A stretch of 63,714 bases of DNA, the filler included, from Perkinsus chesapeaki ATCC PRA-425 (taxonomy: Eukaryota > Protista > Perkinsozoa), in NCBI GenBank assembly GCA_013115145.1. It is 6 parts of 6 records of this genome, joined end to end, with 100 filler letters (N's around TTAATTAATTAA, not from the genome) between each part and the next. Parts side by side here need not be neighbours in the genome. Positions count along the whole stretch, not along the records: positions 31,579 to 57,572 come from JAAPAO010000514.1; positions 57,673 to 59,456 come from JAAPAO010001786.1; 4 more parts are not named here. One strand, given 5' to 3'. The position numbers were made by a program, and so were the translations under genes. How positions within the stretch are numbered: the stretch's first letter is position 1; each line of letters opens with the position of its first letter. The notes beneath the pieces were generated by a model. That model searched no databases. It was not told the DNA's origin and was given only the letters and a program-made list of their open reading frames with translations. Below, in pieces: positions 49,246 through 59,456 of this stretch.

Positions 49246-49972
49246 TCAGCGACGAATAACAATGTCGGAGCAAGTAGCAAAGTAAATGCCCGTAAACTTC
49301 CACATATAAAAGATGGTGTAAATACCGACAGTTAAGTTACGTGGAATCGTAATAGTAGCAGATGTAGTATCGATAGTGACACTCTTATTGTAGTAGGGAT
49401 GACATTCTTCCAATGTGGTGAAGTCATCAAACGAAGGATCATCCTTGTATGGAGCGATCTTGATCTGCACGCAGGTGCCTAACAAAAGGACACATCTGAA
49501 AATCAGATGACTTATAGAGTATTGTTACCATCCGACACAGAGTTGGTGTGTCCATTTCCCATCCAAGAGATATGAAGCTTACCACCTGACAAAAAGACTA
49601 TTAATATAGAAGAGCTAAATGCAGGCCATCTCGTCACCTCTGGTCACTTCAGCACGGAAATCAGTGTTAGGTGCCCCTGGAGAGCCAGCTAGCCGACAAG
49701 GTCTCTGGGAGCTCGCATCCAGAGGCTTATAAGGTGGTGGGTAGTTCTCGCACTGACTTAGGTTTAATGGAGCCGGACAGATTGGACGCTGAAACATAAC
49801 ATGACAAATTAAGCAATAAATCACTTACTGCATAATAATGATCTGGATGAGCATGTGTATTTGGACCATGTCTTGGCAGCCCATCTTTAATATCACCTCT
49901 GAGATTGAATACCCAACTATGACCAGCGGCCTCCACAATAATGATTAATATACTTGGGAGTTGATGTATCAT
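49246..49972 (-). CDS. Secreted protein with predicted N-terminal His (LPMO-like), paralog 1
   Basis: Four exons: signal-like MIHQLPSILIIIVEAAG then HSWVFNL; WMGNGHTN; GIYTIFYMWKFTGIYFATCSDIVI. Confidence 0.75.
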
Positions 49973-50879
49973 ATGTTTGTATAACATCACACTCTGCGCA
50001 GAATAGTAAAGCACAGGTCACTCGCCGAACACATTCAGAACGTAGCGAATGTTGGCAGTCTCAAACGGATTGCTTTCCTTTTAGTCATATGCCATCCACA
50101 TTCTTCTAAATACTTATCCAGTAACCTCAAGTATGGAGTGGGTAACAAGGGGTGCCACTGAAGCATTTCGAGTAATCTTCGCTGTGCAGCTATTCAGGGC
50201 GTTTCCATGCCCCCATAAGGCATCCGCTAGAACCGTATACACTGAGGCCTACCAGTTGCGAGCATTTACGAGAGTATTCACGCCAGCGCCCCACATTTCT
50301 GGCGTAACATGAATGAAGAGCTCGTTAGGCAGATATCAGCCGCGGCAGGCTTGCGCTTGGGATAGCCAACTCGCTCGCCTCCCGGTCACACATTCACGGA
50401 CCAAATGAACAAGTTGCTAGCAGCAAAACCAGGACCCTCGTGCCATACAGGACACGCTCTCCCGCAACGGGCCCTTAGAGCTTCTAGTGACCTTTTTATC
50501 GTCTTACAGCGGTCAGACAAGGTCAGTACTGAGCCTAGTGTGAAAACGAGGATCATAGTATCAGCTGGTGACAGGGGAGTGAAATGTCCCCCATTCTTGA
50601 AGTTGTAGACTCCAAGAAATATATATGCCTGGATCATCTCCACGCCATGTTGCCGTCAATTCATCATCCTCAGTACCATGCTGGCAACACAGCTCAAGGA
50701 GCGGGTGTCTTTCCTAGGCAGATTTTACCTCCCGGAAACGCTCTTTCTTGCAAAGTTTGTTAGCTAATTTATCAATTCAGAGCGAGTCTTAAGGGATTTG
50801 ATATGAGAGTTCAGGAGTGATACGTTCTGGAAACTGTTGCTTGCTCGTCGTTCATAATGAAGCGAGTCAACAAACAAAT

Positions 50880-51090
50880 CTGTCCTGAGCTATATCGAGT
50901 TGGGCTATACCAGTCTGTCCTGAGCTATATTGCTTTGGTCTGGGCTATACCAGTCTGTCCTGGGCTATATCGAGTTGGGCTATACCAGTCTGTCCTGAGC
51001 TATATCGAGTTGGGCTATACCAGTCTGTTCTGAGCTATATCGAGTTGGGCTATACCAGTCTGTTCTGAGCTATATTGATTTGGTCTGGGC
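50880..51090. repeat. ~35-bp tandem repeat (about 6 copies, two unit variants)
   Basis: CCAGTCTGTCCTGAGCTATATCGAGTTGGGCTATA, with variant ..GCTATATTGMTTTGGTCTGGGCT.. Confidence 0.9.
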
Positions 51091-51764
51091 TGTTGTCGAT
51101 TAGATCTTGAAATGATGTAATACCGGATAATCCCGGTCCGAGTTAAGGGACCGGCCAGTGAGTCGTTGACTGTTAGCTGGCCACCGTAGTGCAGTCCTCC
51201 CGTTACCAACCGTCCTGGAGACTGAATGTTGCTTGGGCCATCTGCTTTCGGCGGTGGTGATCGATCTGTTTGTCACCTTTAAACGCATTAGAAGGCACCC
51301 ACCAGCGATTAATCTAGGGTCGTTTACTCAGCAAGCAACCGTACTACCCACTATGATGGTCGGTCTAATTGTCTCATTACTTGACGTCTGTTGGATCCGC
51401 TAAAAGTTGGTGCAAGATGGCCATCTGGATAGAGTCGCGCAAGTCTATCCAAGTCCTCTCTCGCTTCTCAGCGGGGATTACTTAACACTATGAAAACTCA
51501 ACTGTACAGAAATGGCAAATTCGAAACCCTCGGAAAATTGCATTACATGCTGAGCTAGATCCAATACGACGACACGAGGGAAGTGATAATGAAAAAAGTA
51601 GTGATTCCGAAAGGTAACGAACACGGTGGAAGCCTTGTGGATGCGCTGTGACGAAACAACGCAGAGATACCTGCACTTAAACAGTAACTCTGAGTAGATT
51701 CGTAAAGCATGTTAATCGGCTCGTCATGCATTAGAATGTCCGTCAGATAGTACACAGACACCTA

Positions 51765-52493
51765 TCAGCGACGAATAACAATGTCGGAGCAAGTAGCAAA
51801 GTAAATGCCCGTAAACTTCCACATGTAGAAGATGGTGTAAGTGCCAGGGGGTAGACAAGGAGGAATCTTAACGGTAGCAGATGTAGTATCGATAGCAACC
51901 CTTTTATTGTAGTAGGGATGACATTCTTCCAATGTGGTGAAGTCATCAAACGAAGGATCATCCTTGTATGGAGCGATCTTGATCTGCACGCATGTGCCTA
52001 ACAGAAGGACACATCTGAAAGTCAGACGAATTGGATTATTATGATTACCATCGGAGACAGAGTTGGTGTGCCCATTTCCCATCCAAGAGATATGAAGCTT
52101 ACCACCTGAAGGAAATACAAATAGAACGCGTCGCTCGACCGCAGACGATTTCATCACCTCTGGTCACTTCAGCACGGTTATTAGTGTTAGGTGCCCCTGG
52201 AGAGCCAGCTAGCCGACAAGGTCTCTGAGAGCTCGCATCCAGAGGCTTATACGGTGGCGGATAGTCCTCGCACTGACTTAGCTTTAATGGGGCCGGACAG
52301 ATGGGACGCTGAAAGTATAATGTAACAAGTTGGGCAATAAATCACTTACCGCAAAGTAATGGTCAGGAAGCGCGTGCGAGTTTGCACCATGTCTTGGTAA
52401 GCCACTTTTAATATCACCTATGAGATTGAATACCCAACTATGACCAGCGGCCTCCACAATAATGATGAGGATACTCAGGATGCGAGGAATCAT
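51765..52493 (-). CDS. Secreted protein with predicted N-terminal His (LPMO-like), paralog 2
   Basis: Near-identical exon structure and motifs to 49246-49972; 5' and 3' flanks are also homologous. Confidence 0.75.
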
Positions 52494-53942
52494 CGAAACA
52501 CGTATAATATTGGACTGAGCGTAGAATAGTGAAAAGGGCCTATCCCCGAGCACAGTCAGCACACAGCGAATATTAGCTAAGAAACGGTTCATGCATGGGA
52601 TTGAGGAGAGGGTCGGTAAGGACATAGATCAAGACCTTAATACCGGTAAACCGGCAAGTAACTTTTGGCGAGCTCGCGGCGGTTGCTCCGTCGCATTATG
52701 TCGGCAATCCGATGAGATCAATACAATACGATTTAGTACGTGCACGAATCCCAGAAGGCGCATGCGTGCAGGGCTGCCTGGGCTGTTGGGTAGACCCTAA
52801 ATGAGCCCAACTGAACAAGTGCCGTATCACACAAACAGCAGACGGGGGCTCGAATGCAGAAAATACTCGACGACCTCGTCAATCGCTACAACACCTATCT
52901 TTACTTAAAATAACCTCAGGAAAGACCAGTCAGAACCGATATGGTCGCTGTAATACACCAACACCCACAATGAGTAGGATAAGTGACACCAAGGTTCAAG
53001 GAGACTTCAACCAGGAACCAACAGACGACAACCAAGGAACCTTTTAAGGCAAACAGCCAACTATGGGGTCCGTGCGGCGAACTTATTGGGTTCATGTGGG
53101 TGACGTATATTTGGTGGGAACCCTCATTGGAAGAATCCTGAGTGGATGAGAAAGCTTGACCGATAACCGCTGCCAAGGATTCAAAGCCTCTGGATCTCTG
53201 CTGGGTTAGCAATCATGCTGGTGAGGCTTTGCTCATTTCACGTCATACCGGTGGCGCCGAATGTGCATGCGTGCATGAACAATTGCATTTATAAGATTAA
53301 GCTCGCACGGATAGAAAGCCTTTGTTGCAGTCTCCTTCTTTATATTGTGTTCATTGTTATGAACGAATTGACAACGAAATAACATATCGCAAAGAAGAAT
53401 GATAATAATGTTGTTCTAAACCGTGAAACAATCGATCAAGCTATGGGCCCCAGCTCCACGGCCGCACAGTGCGGGCCGCAGTAGCAGGAAGGTGTACGAT
53501 CTTGACACACCACAGCGAGCTGATGTTCTTTACACAGTTGTTTCCCGCATCATCGCCCATCCCGTTTGGTTGGGTACGAAGGTGACCTGCCTGTTCATAG
53601 AGCAAATACGATGTCTCATCGAAGCGCATGGTGACGCCCCTAGTCCCCGGCATGGCCGCTGGCCACAATGTTGCCTCCACCACGGAACCGGGTTAAAGGT
53701 GTACCGGAACAAGCTCCATTTGAAGGCCATGTGGCATCAGGATCTCGGAAAGGCATAATAATTCAATGTGTTGTTCGGCAATGCGGAGAAAATGCGGAAT
53801 CCGCATATGTTTGTGCATGCGTGCACGTTTTTGCGCGGCTCGCTTTTTGTTAGTGTATGCGTTTTGAAGTCTTAATAGTTCGGTCGTTAATAGGCGTGCA
53901 TGTTATATCTGGAACACAGAGACAAGATTGATAATGGAAACG

Positions 53943-56420
53943 TTAAGATGATACAGCTGGTCTGAGTTCTTTTGCTAGTTCCTCTTTTGTAGCCATTCTA
54001 GGATATCCAGTGGTAAAGTAATCATGCTTGATGATATCACCACTTGTTGGGCGAGCGCAAGGGTTCAACATCAGCATACCTTAATAACAAACATTAGTTT
54101 TTATGGAAGACAATTCCTGAAACGAAAAGTGTGTAGCTGGTAACTAACCGATAGGCTAACTGGTACGATATAGTCGTCTTCCACTTACACACCACATGAT
54201 ATTCATTTGGCAATCATGGCCAGGAATGTTAACTGGTAGATTCGGAAACCAGTTTTGCCCAAACAAGTTTATGTCACTAAAGCTCGCCAACCGACTTTAT
54301 CTATTCACATTCCAATTTAATATCTTATTTCGTACTAGTCTCGTGTCTTACTTTTCAGCAACTCATCCAGTTTTTCTGATTCCTTGCACGCATCGCCGAA
54401 CAGATCTCGAGGCCAGTTCTCCGGCGGGGCCAAATACGCAAATTCATGAAAGCTCGGTAGGCTCGATGCCTCCGGCCAGATCTGTTCTGAGGGCGTGCCG
54501 AGCAGTTCAACTATCGCTTTGAGAAGTTCTAGCTCGGATGGTACCTGTCACATATATCAACAATTTCGGGAACATTTGCCGACCTCAAAAAGTGGGCTTC
54601 GTCGCTTCACTGTGCTAGGCCGACTTCTCTCCCCTCGAGGAAGCATCTCTGCCATCAGTGTACCGATTGACCATACGTCAACAGCTGGCGAATAATATGA
54701 TGATTCGAATAACAACTCTGGTGCTCGGTACCAAAGCGTTACAACGTTGAATGTCATATTACCACCGAAGGATCTTTTAGATTGGCTGAAGCAACCCTGA
54801 GGAGGAAAGCCACTTAACAACAATCAATAGGTGAATTTAGGGAAGGGATCTATCTATGTAGCCTCAACGGAATGTGCTCATCAAAGATCATCATCAGAAG
54901 GGTTGTTCCTGATGAGTTGATCTTGCAGAAAAAGGATTCATAGTGCGGAAGAGATGCCACATAGATCTAAGAACGAAAAAACAAAAGTTCATTACTTCTG
55001 GGAGGACCATCTGCTGAAGCTCCATGCCTTCACAGTTCTCACAGTAAGTGATGATATAGAAGAGATAATAAAGAGTAGTGATGAATAATAAATGATCAAA
55101 CAAGACATGTTCAACTGGGCAGCAAGCGATGATGAGAAATTTCTATTGCCACTTTGAGCATGTTCTTGGCTAGTTCAGAGGTTCAAGCAAAACTCTTTGA
55201 CAGCTAAAAAAGGGAAAATTCGAATAAAGCCGAAACTAGGTCAATTAAGATTGATATAACCGAATCCTTACTGGAGGCGGCTGGCCAATCTGACGTGCCA
55301 GACCGAAATCGGTGAGGCTGAGTGTGCCAGTTGTTAAATCACATAGGACATTTCCCGATGAAAGATCTCGATGAACAAACCAAGCATCATGAAGAGCCTT
55401 CACACCACACGCTATTTGATAAACCATACATTTTATACAGGATGCTGGCAAAGTTACATTACGAGAACCTGAAAACGAAAATGTAATACATGAAACGCTC
55501 CGCTCCGCTGTATTCTTACTGAGCACTTTCTTCAAATCACAATGCATGAATTTCATGACAAGCGATAACTGAGGCTGCTTGTGCCGCGGTGTTGCCGTTG
55601 AAGCTGATTCCTCCACTGCTGTTTCATCTTCATTAATTGATGCGAATACCTGAGAGCCGAAGAAAGAAATGGTACGGATTACTGGTAATCAGTGGAACGG
55701 AGGACTCAGACATGATAAGACAACAAAACAGGATATGATGAGATAAGATGGTCTGGAACATTGTGAGCAGCACTGCTGCAGCAGCAGCAGCAGCTGCTTG
55801 TCGACAGAAAAGTTATTGCTCCTATCATCTACTCCGCCTACCTCACTTTAATAGAGAGTAAGAGTATTCCATCAGATTGAGAGTGTAGATAATACTTAAG
55901 AATATATAATAAATATTAATATTTTGTAGATATAATAAAAATGACATATGCCTTCTGCTAATCAGGTAACACTTAACTTGTGGATAATGTGCCACTTAAT
56001 TGGTATTTCTATGCTTTCAGCCACCTGTTGAATCCTCGCATATTAACTCACATCAACAAGAGACATAACATTCTCACTGTGGATGGCTTTCATAACTTTT
56101 ATTTCGCGAATACACGTGAAATGGATACCGCCGATGCCTCGTCCAGCACCTGAGAAGAAAGCAGAGTTGAGCTATCATGTATCCTGCATCCTTCAACCTA
56201 AGATACCTGCTGATGCAGCCTCTGTTTTAAGCCTCTTGATAGCTACATCTTCACCACTTGATAAATCTTTCGCCAAAAATACTTTACCGTACGTTCCCTC
56301 ACCTAACGAAAATGCAAAACATGTAACAATCTTTAGCGGAGCGAAGCATATCTTACTAATAAATTTCTCTATTCGATATCTCTTTCTTCCTTTAAGCTCA
56401 TGATGACCCTCTACTATCAT
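53943..56420 (-). CDS. Cyclin-dependent kinase, CDK7/MO15 (MRK)-like
   Basis: [13 protein letters not shown]; [14 protein letters not shown]; [18 protein letters not shown]; [19 protein letters not shown]; [11 protein letters not shown]; [15 protein letters not shown]. Confidence 0.88.
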
Positions 56421-56451
56421 ACTAACCACAACTGCCAATTCAATGATACAA

Positions 56452-56495
56452 TAAAAACGCAACATGCCGGGATCGAACCAGGATGGCTTCATCAA
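56452..56495 (-). pseudogene. Degenerate tRNA 3' end in the 140-bp FEN1-CDK spacer
   Basis: CCTGGTTCGATCCCGGCATGTTGCG followed by TTTTT. Confidence 0.5.
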
Positions 56496-56560
56496 CACTA
56501 ATTATGAAACTCTTAACATTAGCTTCTTTTACGCTGCATAATCTTCAAACTTAACTCGTA

Positions 56561-57572
56561 TCATTTTTTGACTTTTTTCGCGGCCGCTCCGCCAGCTGAG
56601 GCACTCGCTCTTTTACGACCTCCGGTACTTACGCCATCTAAAAATATAATTCTCAGCGGAGCGATGCACTACTATTTAAAATAAAAAACACCGAATGAAA
56701 ATCACCCTACAGTTATGCTCTTGACAAACTGACCTCCCATTAACAACCCACCTATCAACGAGTGGTACATCCGTCAGAAAATGTCATATATTTCTCGCGC
56801 GCCACGAAAATCGGAAAAACGTTAAAGACATAATCGAGAGCAAACAAATGGCAATTTGATGAGGTATTGAACCACAGCATATATCATGAGCACTGCAAGG
56901 CTTGCCTAACATGCCGAGGGGAACTATTTAACTGTCATGCGCCAGAACTGAATCATCAAAGAATAACGTAAGGCACTTGGTAGCTGACGCGTTAATAAAA
57001 TACCAGCTTTCCAAAATTTACTTTTCTTGGTCTCCTTTTTGAACGGGTCGAATTTATCTTCCTTTTTAATGGCAGGTTTTGTAGTTTTGAAAAACGTATC
57101 CAACCTCATCTGTGTCTTGGCTTTCTTACATTTCTGTAATCGACTAATATATCTAAAATAAAAAATGCCTCCTCCCGGGATCGAACTCTCATCTTACTTG
57201 TCCACCCTATCTTCAGAGAACTGATTCTCATCGACCAAGAACTTCTTCAAGCCCTCATAATCAGGAGTCGGCCACTTCAATTCTGCATTTTCTCTCTCCA
57301 CCACAGGAGCGTCCAAGAAATACTCTCTTATCTAACACAGCCATGAACTGGTCCGAAATTATGGCCTTACTCTTGTGTAGTCTCCTTTTTGCCAACTCTC
57401 TGGGATTGTATTTTTGCTGTTATCCATATGCTCTAGGACTCCTTCAATGTTTTTATATTCTTTAATCAATTTGAAGGCATTGTTAGGACCTAAAAACTCA
57501 AGCAAGGTAATCGCGTTAGCGATTGGCGCGTTAAAATGTGGTAGGTCGAGCCGTAGAGGTTTCGAGGCGCGC
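56561..57572 (-). CDS. FEN1: Flap endonuclease 1, 3' part (truncated by gap)
   Basis: AFKLIKEYKNIEGVLE; SEDRVDKYISRLQKCKKAKTQMRLDTFF (PCNA-binding Q..LD.FF); basic C-terminus GRKRASASAGGAAAKKVKK*. Confidence 0.9.
57153..57197 (-). pseudogene. 45-nt FEN1 intron composed of a tRNA 3' end (Thr-like acceptor)
   Basis: GTAAGATGAGAGTTCGATCCCGGGAGGAGGCATTTTTTATTTTAG. Splicing gives the FEN1-conserved EDRVDK|YISRL junction. Confidence 0.75.
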
Positions 57573-57672
57573 NNNNNNNNNNNNNNNNNNNNNNNNNNNN
57601 NNNNNNNNNNNNNNNNTTAATTAATTAANNNNNNNNNNNNNNNNNNNNNNNNNNNNNNNNNNNNNNNNNNNN

Positions 57673-57720
57673 ATGGCAAATCTTTCCATGCGCAGGTTCG
57701 AATCCCGGGTGCAGATTTTC
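57673..57720 (+). pseudogene. tRNA-like 3' half cut by the gap (Ser-like T-arm)
   Basis: GCGCAGGTTCGAATCCCGGGTGCAGATTTT; T-stem mismatched, 5' half not visible. Confidence 0.45.
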
Positions 57721-57849
57721 ACGTTTACCTTTTTTTGAGTTGACGAACCGCTGTTCTATCCTACCGTGTAGATGTATATATTAGGACTGTGTAGGAGAAA
57801 AAATACCTCAAAACTCTCATTCTTGAAGAAGTTACGGCTGCCCATCGAT

Positions 57850-58960
57850 TCCCCCCCTCTAGAGGACCGGTACTGTAGCCCTTCCAGAGCGGCTCTGGCA
57901 GAGCCTACCGGGTTCAGGGCATAGACCGCAGGAGACGTGTTAGGCCCTAGTAGCTAGGGTGGTATGGCTGATGATCAGCCGCTGATCTAAACTTGGCGCC
58001 GGAGGACACGGCCAGCCTTCGGAACACTGCTCCGAGTGATCCTGGATCACTGATCCCAGTCACTTCGCTTCGCGGCTGCTTTCGCCTTTTGGTGTGGCAC
58101 ATGAGTAGAGTACCTGATTCGAGGGACTTCTACCGTTTTGGCTCGTTGAACGAGCCTCGTTCGGAGGGAGGAAGTGGAATCCCAATTGCAATATATCCAA
58201 GGGAGAAATCTGACTCAGATTTGTTGAGGTGTGCGCGTACATTGATAATCTCATGGTAAAGGTCGGCATATTTAAAACACGGTTAAGCCTACCGTAGGCT
58301 GCCTACGGTCTATCGCTGTTGTGATTAAGGTTAAGTAAGGTCTAAGTGCGCGAGATGATATGTGGTAGCTCTTAACTGTAGATCGATTGCCCGATCTATT
58401 TTCCCGCCTTAGTGAGATATCTATGGTCGTACGTGTTTCCGCGGGCGCTTACTATCATTGTTTATCACTGTACTACTGTAGGGGTTCTTGTTATTGCTCT
58501 GTTGTTAACTCATCGACCGTGTTATGAGCACCCCAAGGTCTAGTGACCACAGTCCTTCTATATCGGCTGATCCCGAGCGTTCTGTGTTATTGAGTGAGAG
58601 GGACGATAATCATCACGCCATTGACGGCAGTTTACATCAATCGCCATCGTCACAGTGAGGACGTTGTTGAGTATCGGATGCCGGGTAGGGGAAATGCCTT
58701 TGGCAAACAGAAAGACAGTTTGGTAGAAAGCTTGACTATTTTATTCCCTTGTGGATAGTAGTGCCGTGGCTTGGGAATTCGACTTGCGTCCAGTATCTCT
58801 GTCAAACTGCCACTTTCGTGTAGGCAGCCTACACTGTAGGCCCTACAGTAGGCTATCTCGCGTGAATTTCCAGTCCTGCTCATCGGATAGCTTAGTGTAC
58901 CGACTGATGTGTCCTGTGTCCGTGAACCTCTATTATGCCAGAGACTCTCTGGCAGAGAGT
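57850..58960. repeat. Cluster of overlapping short fold-back palindromes
   Basis: At least seven X-x'-X chains read directly (see findings). Confidence 0.9.
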
Positions 58961-59095
58961 TCGGCCGTTATGTGGGGCGCAGCAAATTCTACGCCGCCGC
59001 GCGGTGCGCTTGCGTGCTACCTGCGCATGCGTGCCTCTTCGTGTTTTATTGTACTCGCAACATAAGTATCACTTACCCCTTTAATTTTCTTGGCA

Positions 59096-59456
59096 ATGGC
59101 CCCACTGCAAGGCTTCAGCCGTCGGTGGTTTTTATTGGCCGGCTTATGTTTCGTCTGCGGTATTTATATCATTTGGACCACTTGTATCTACTCTTCGGAT
59201 GCTAAGAGTCTGACAGGCGTGCTACTGGCCACCGGCGGCGGTCTCCGTCAACCCACATCTGTGGTAGAAGAGTCACGCCAGGTTTCTCGCTTGGATGAGT
59301 ACATTATCGCGTACGAGAATAGCAGTACTTGCAGGGATCGGATTGGCCTAGATCGGATCCTCAAGTACCGGGATAGCTTTCGCCAGCATACTCAGGCATT
59401 CTGCCGTGGCGGCTCGAGCTCAGTTCAGTGTGATGCAACTGTTGATCTGAGGAGTG
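59096..59456 (+). CDS. Type II membrane/secreted hypothetical protein, possibly a glycosyltransferase stem; truncated by gap
   Basis: Short cytosolic N-terminus, hydrophobic WFLLAGLCFVCGIYIIW, then a Cys-containing luminal region. Confidence 0.5.

Noticed and set aside
53400-53760. CGKQLCKEH-like Cys/His string suggesting a transposase zinc finger
   Set aside because: Frame is interrupted by stops and no catalytic domain is visible nearby.
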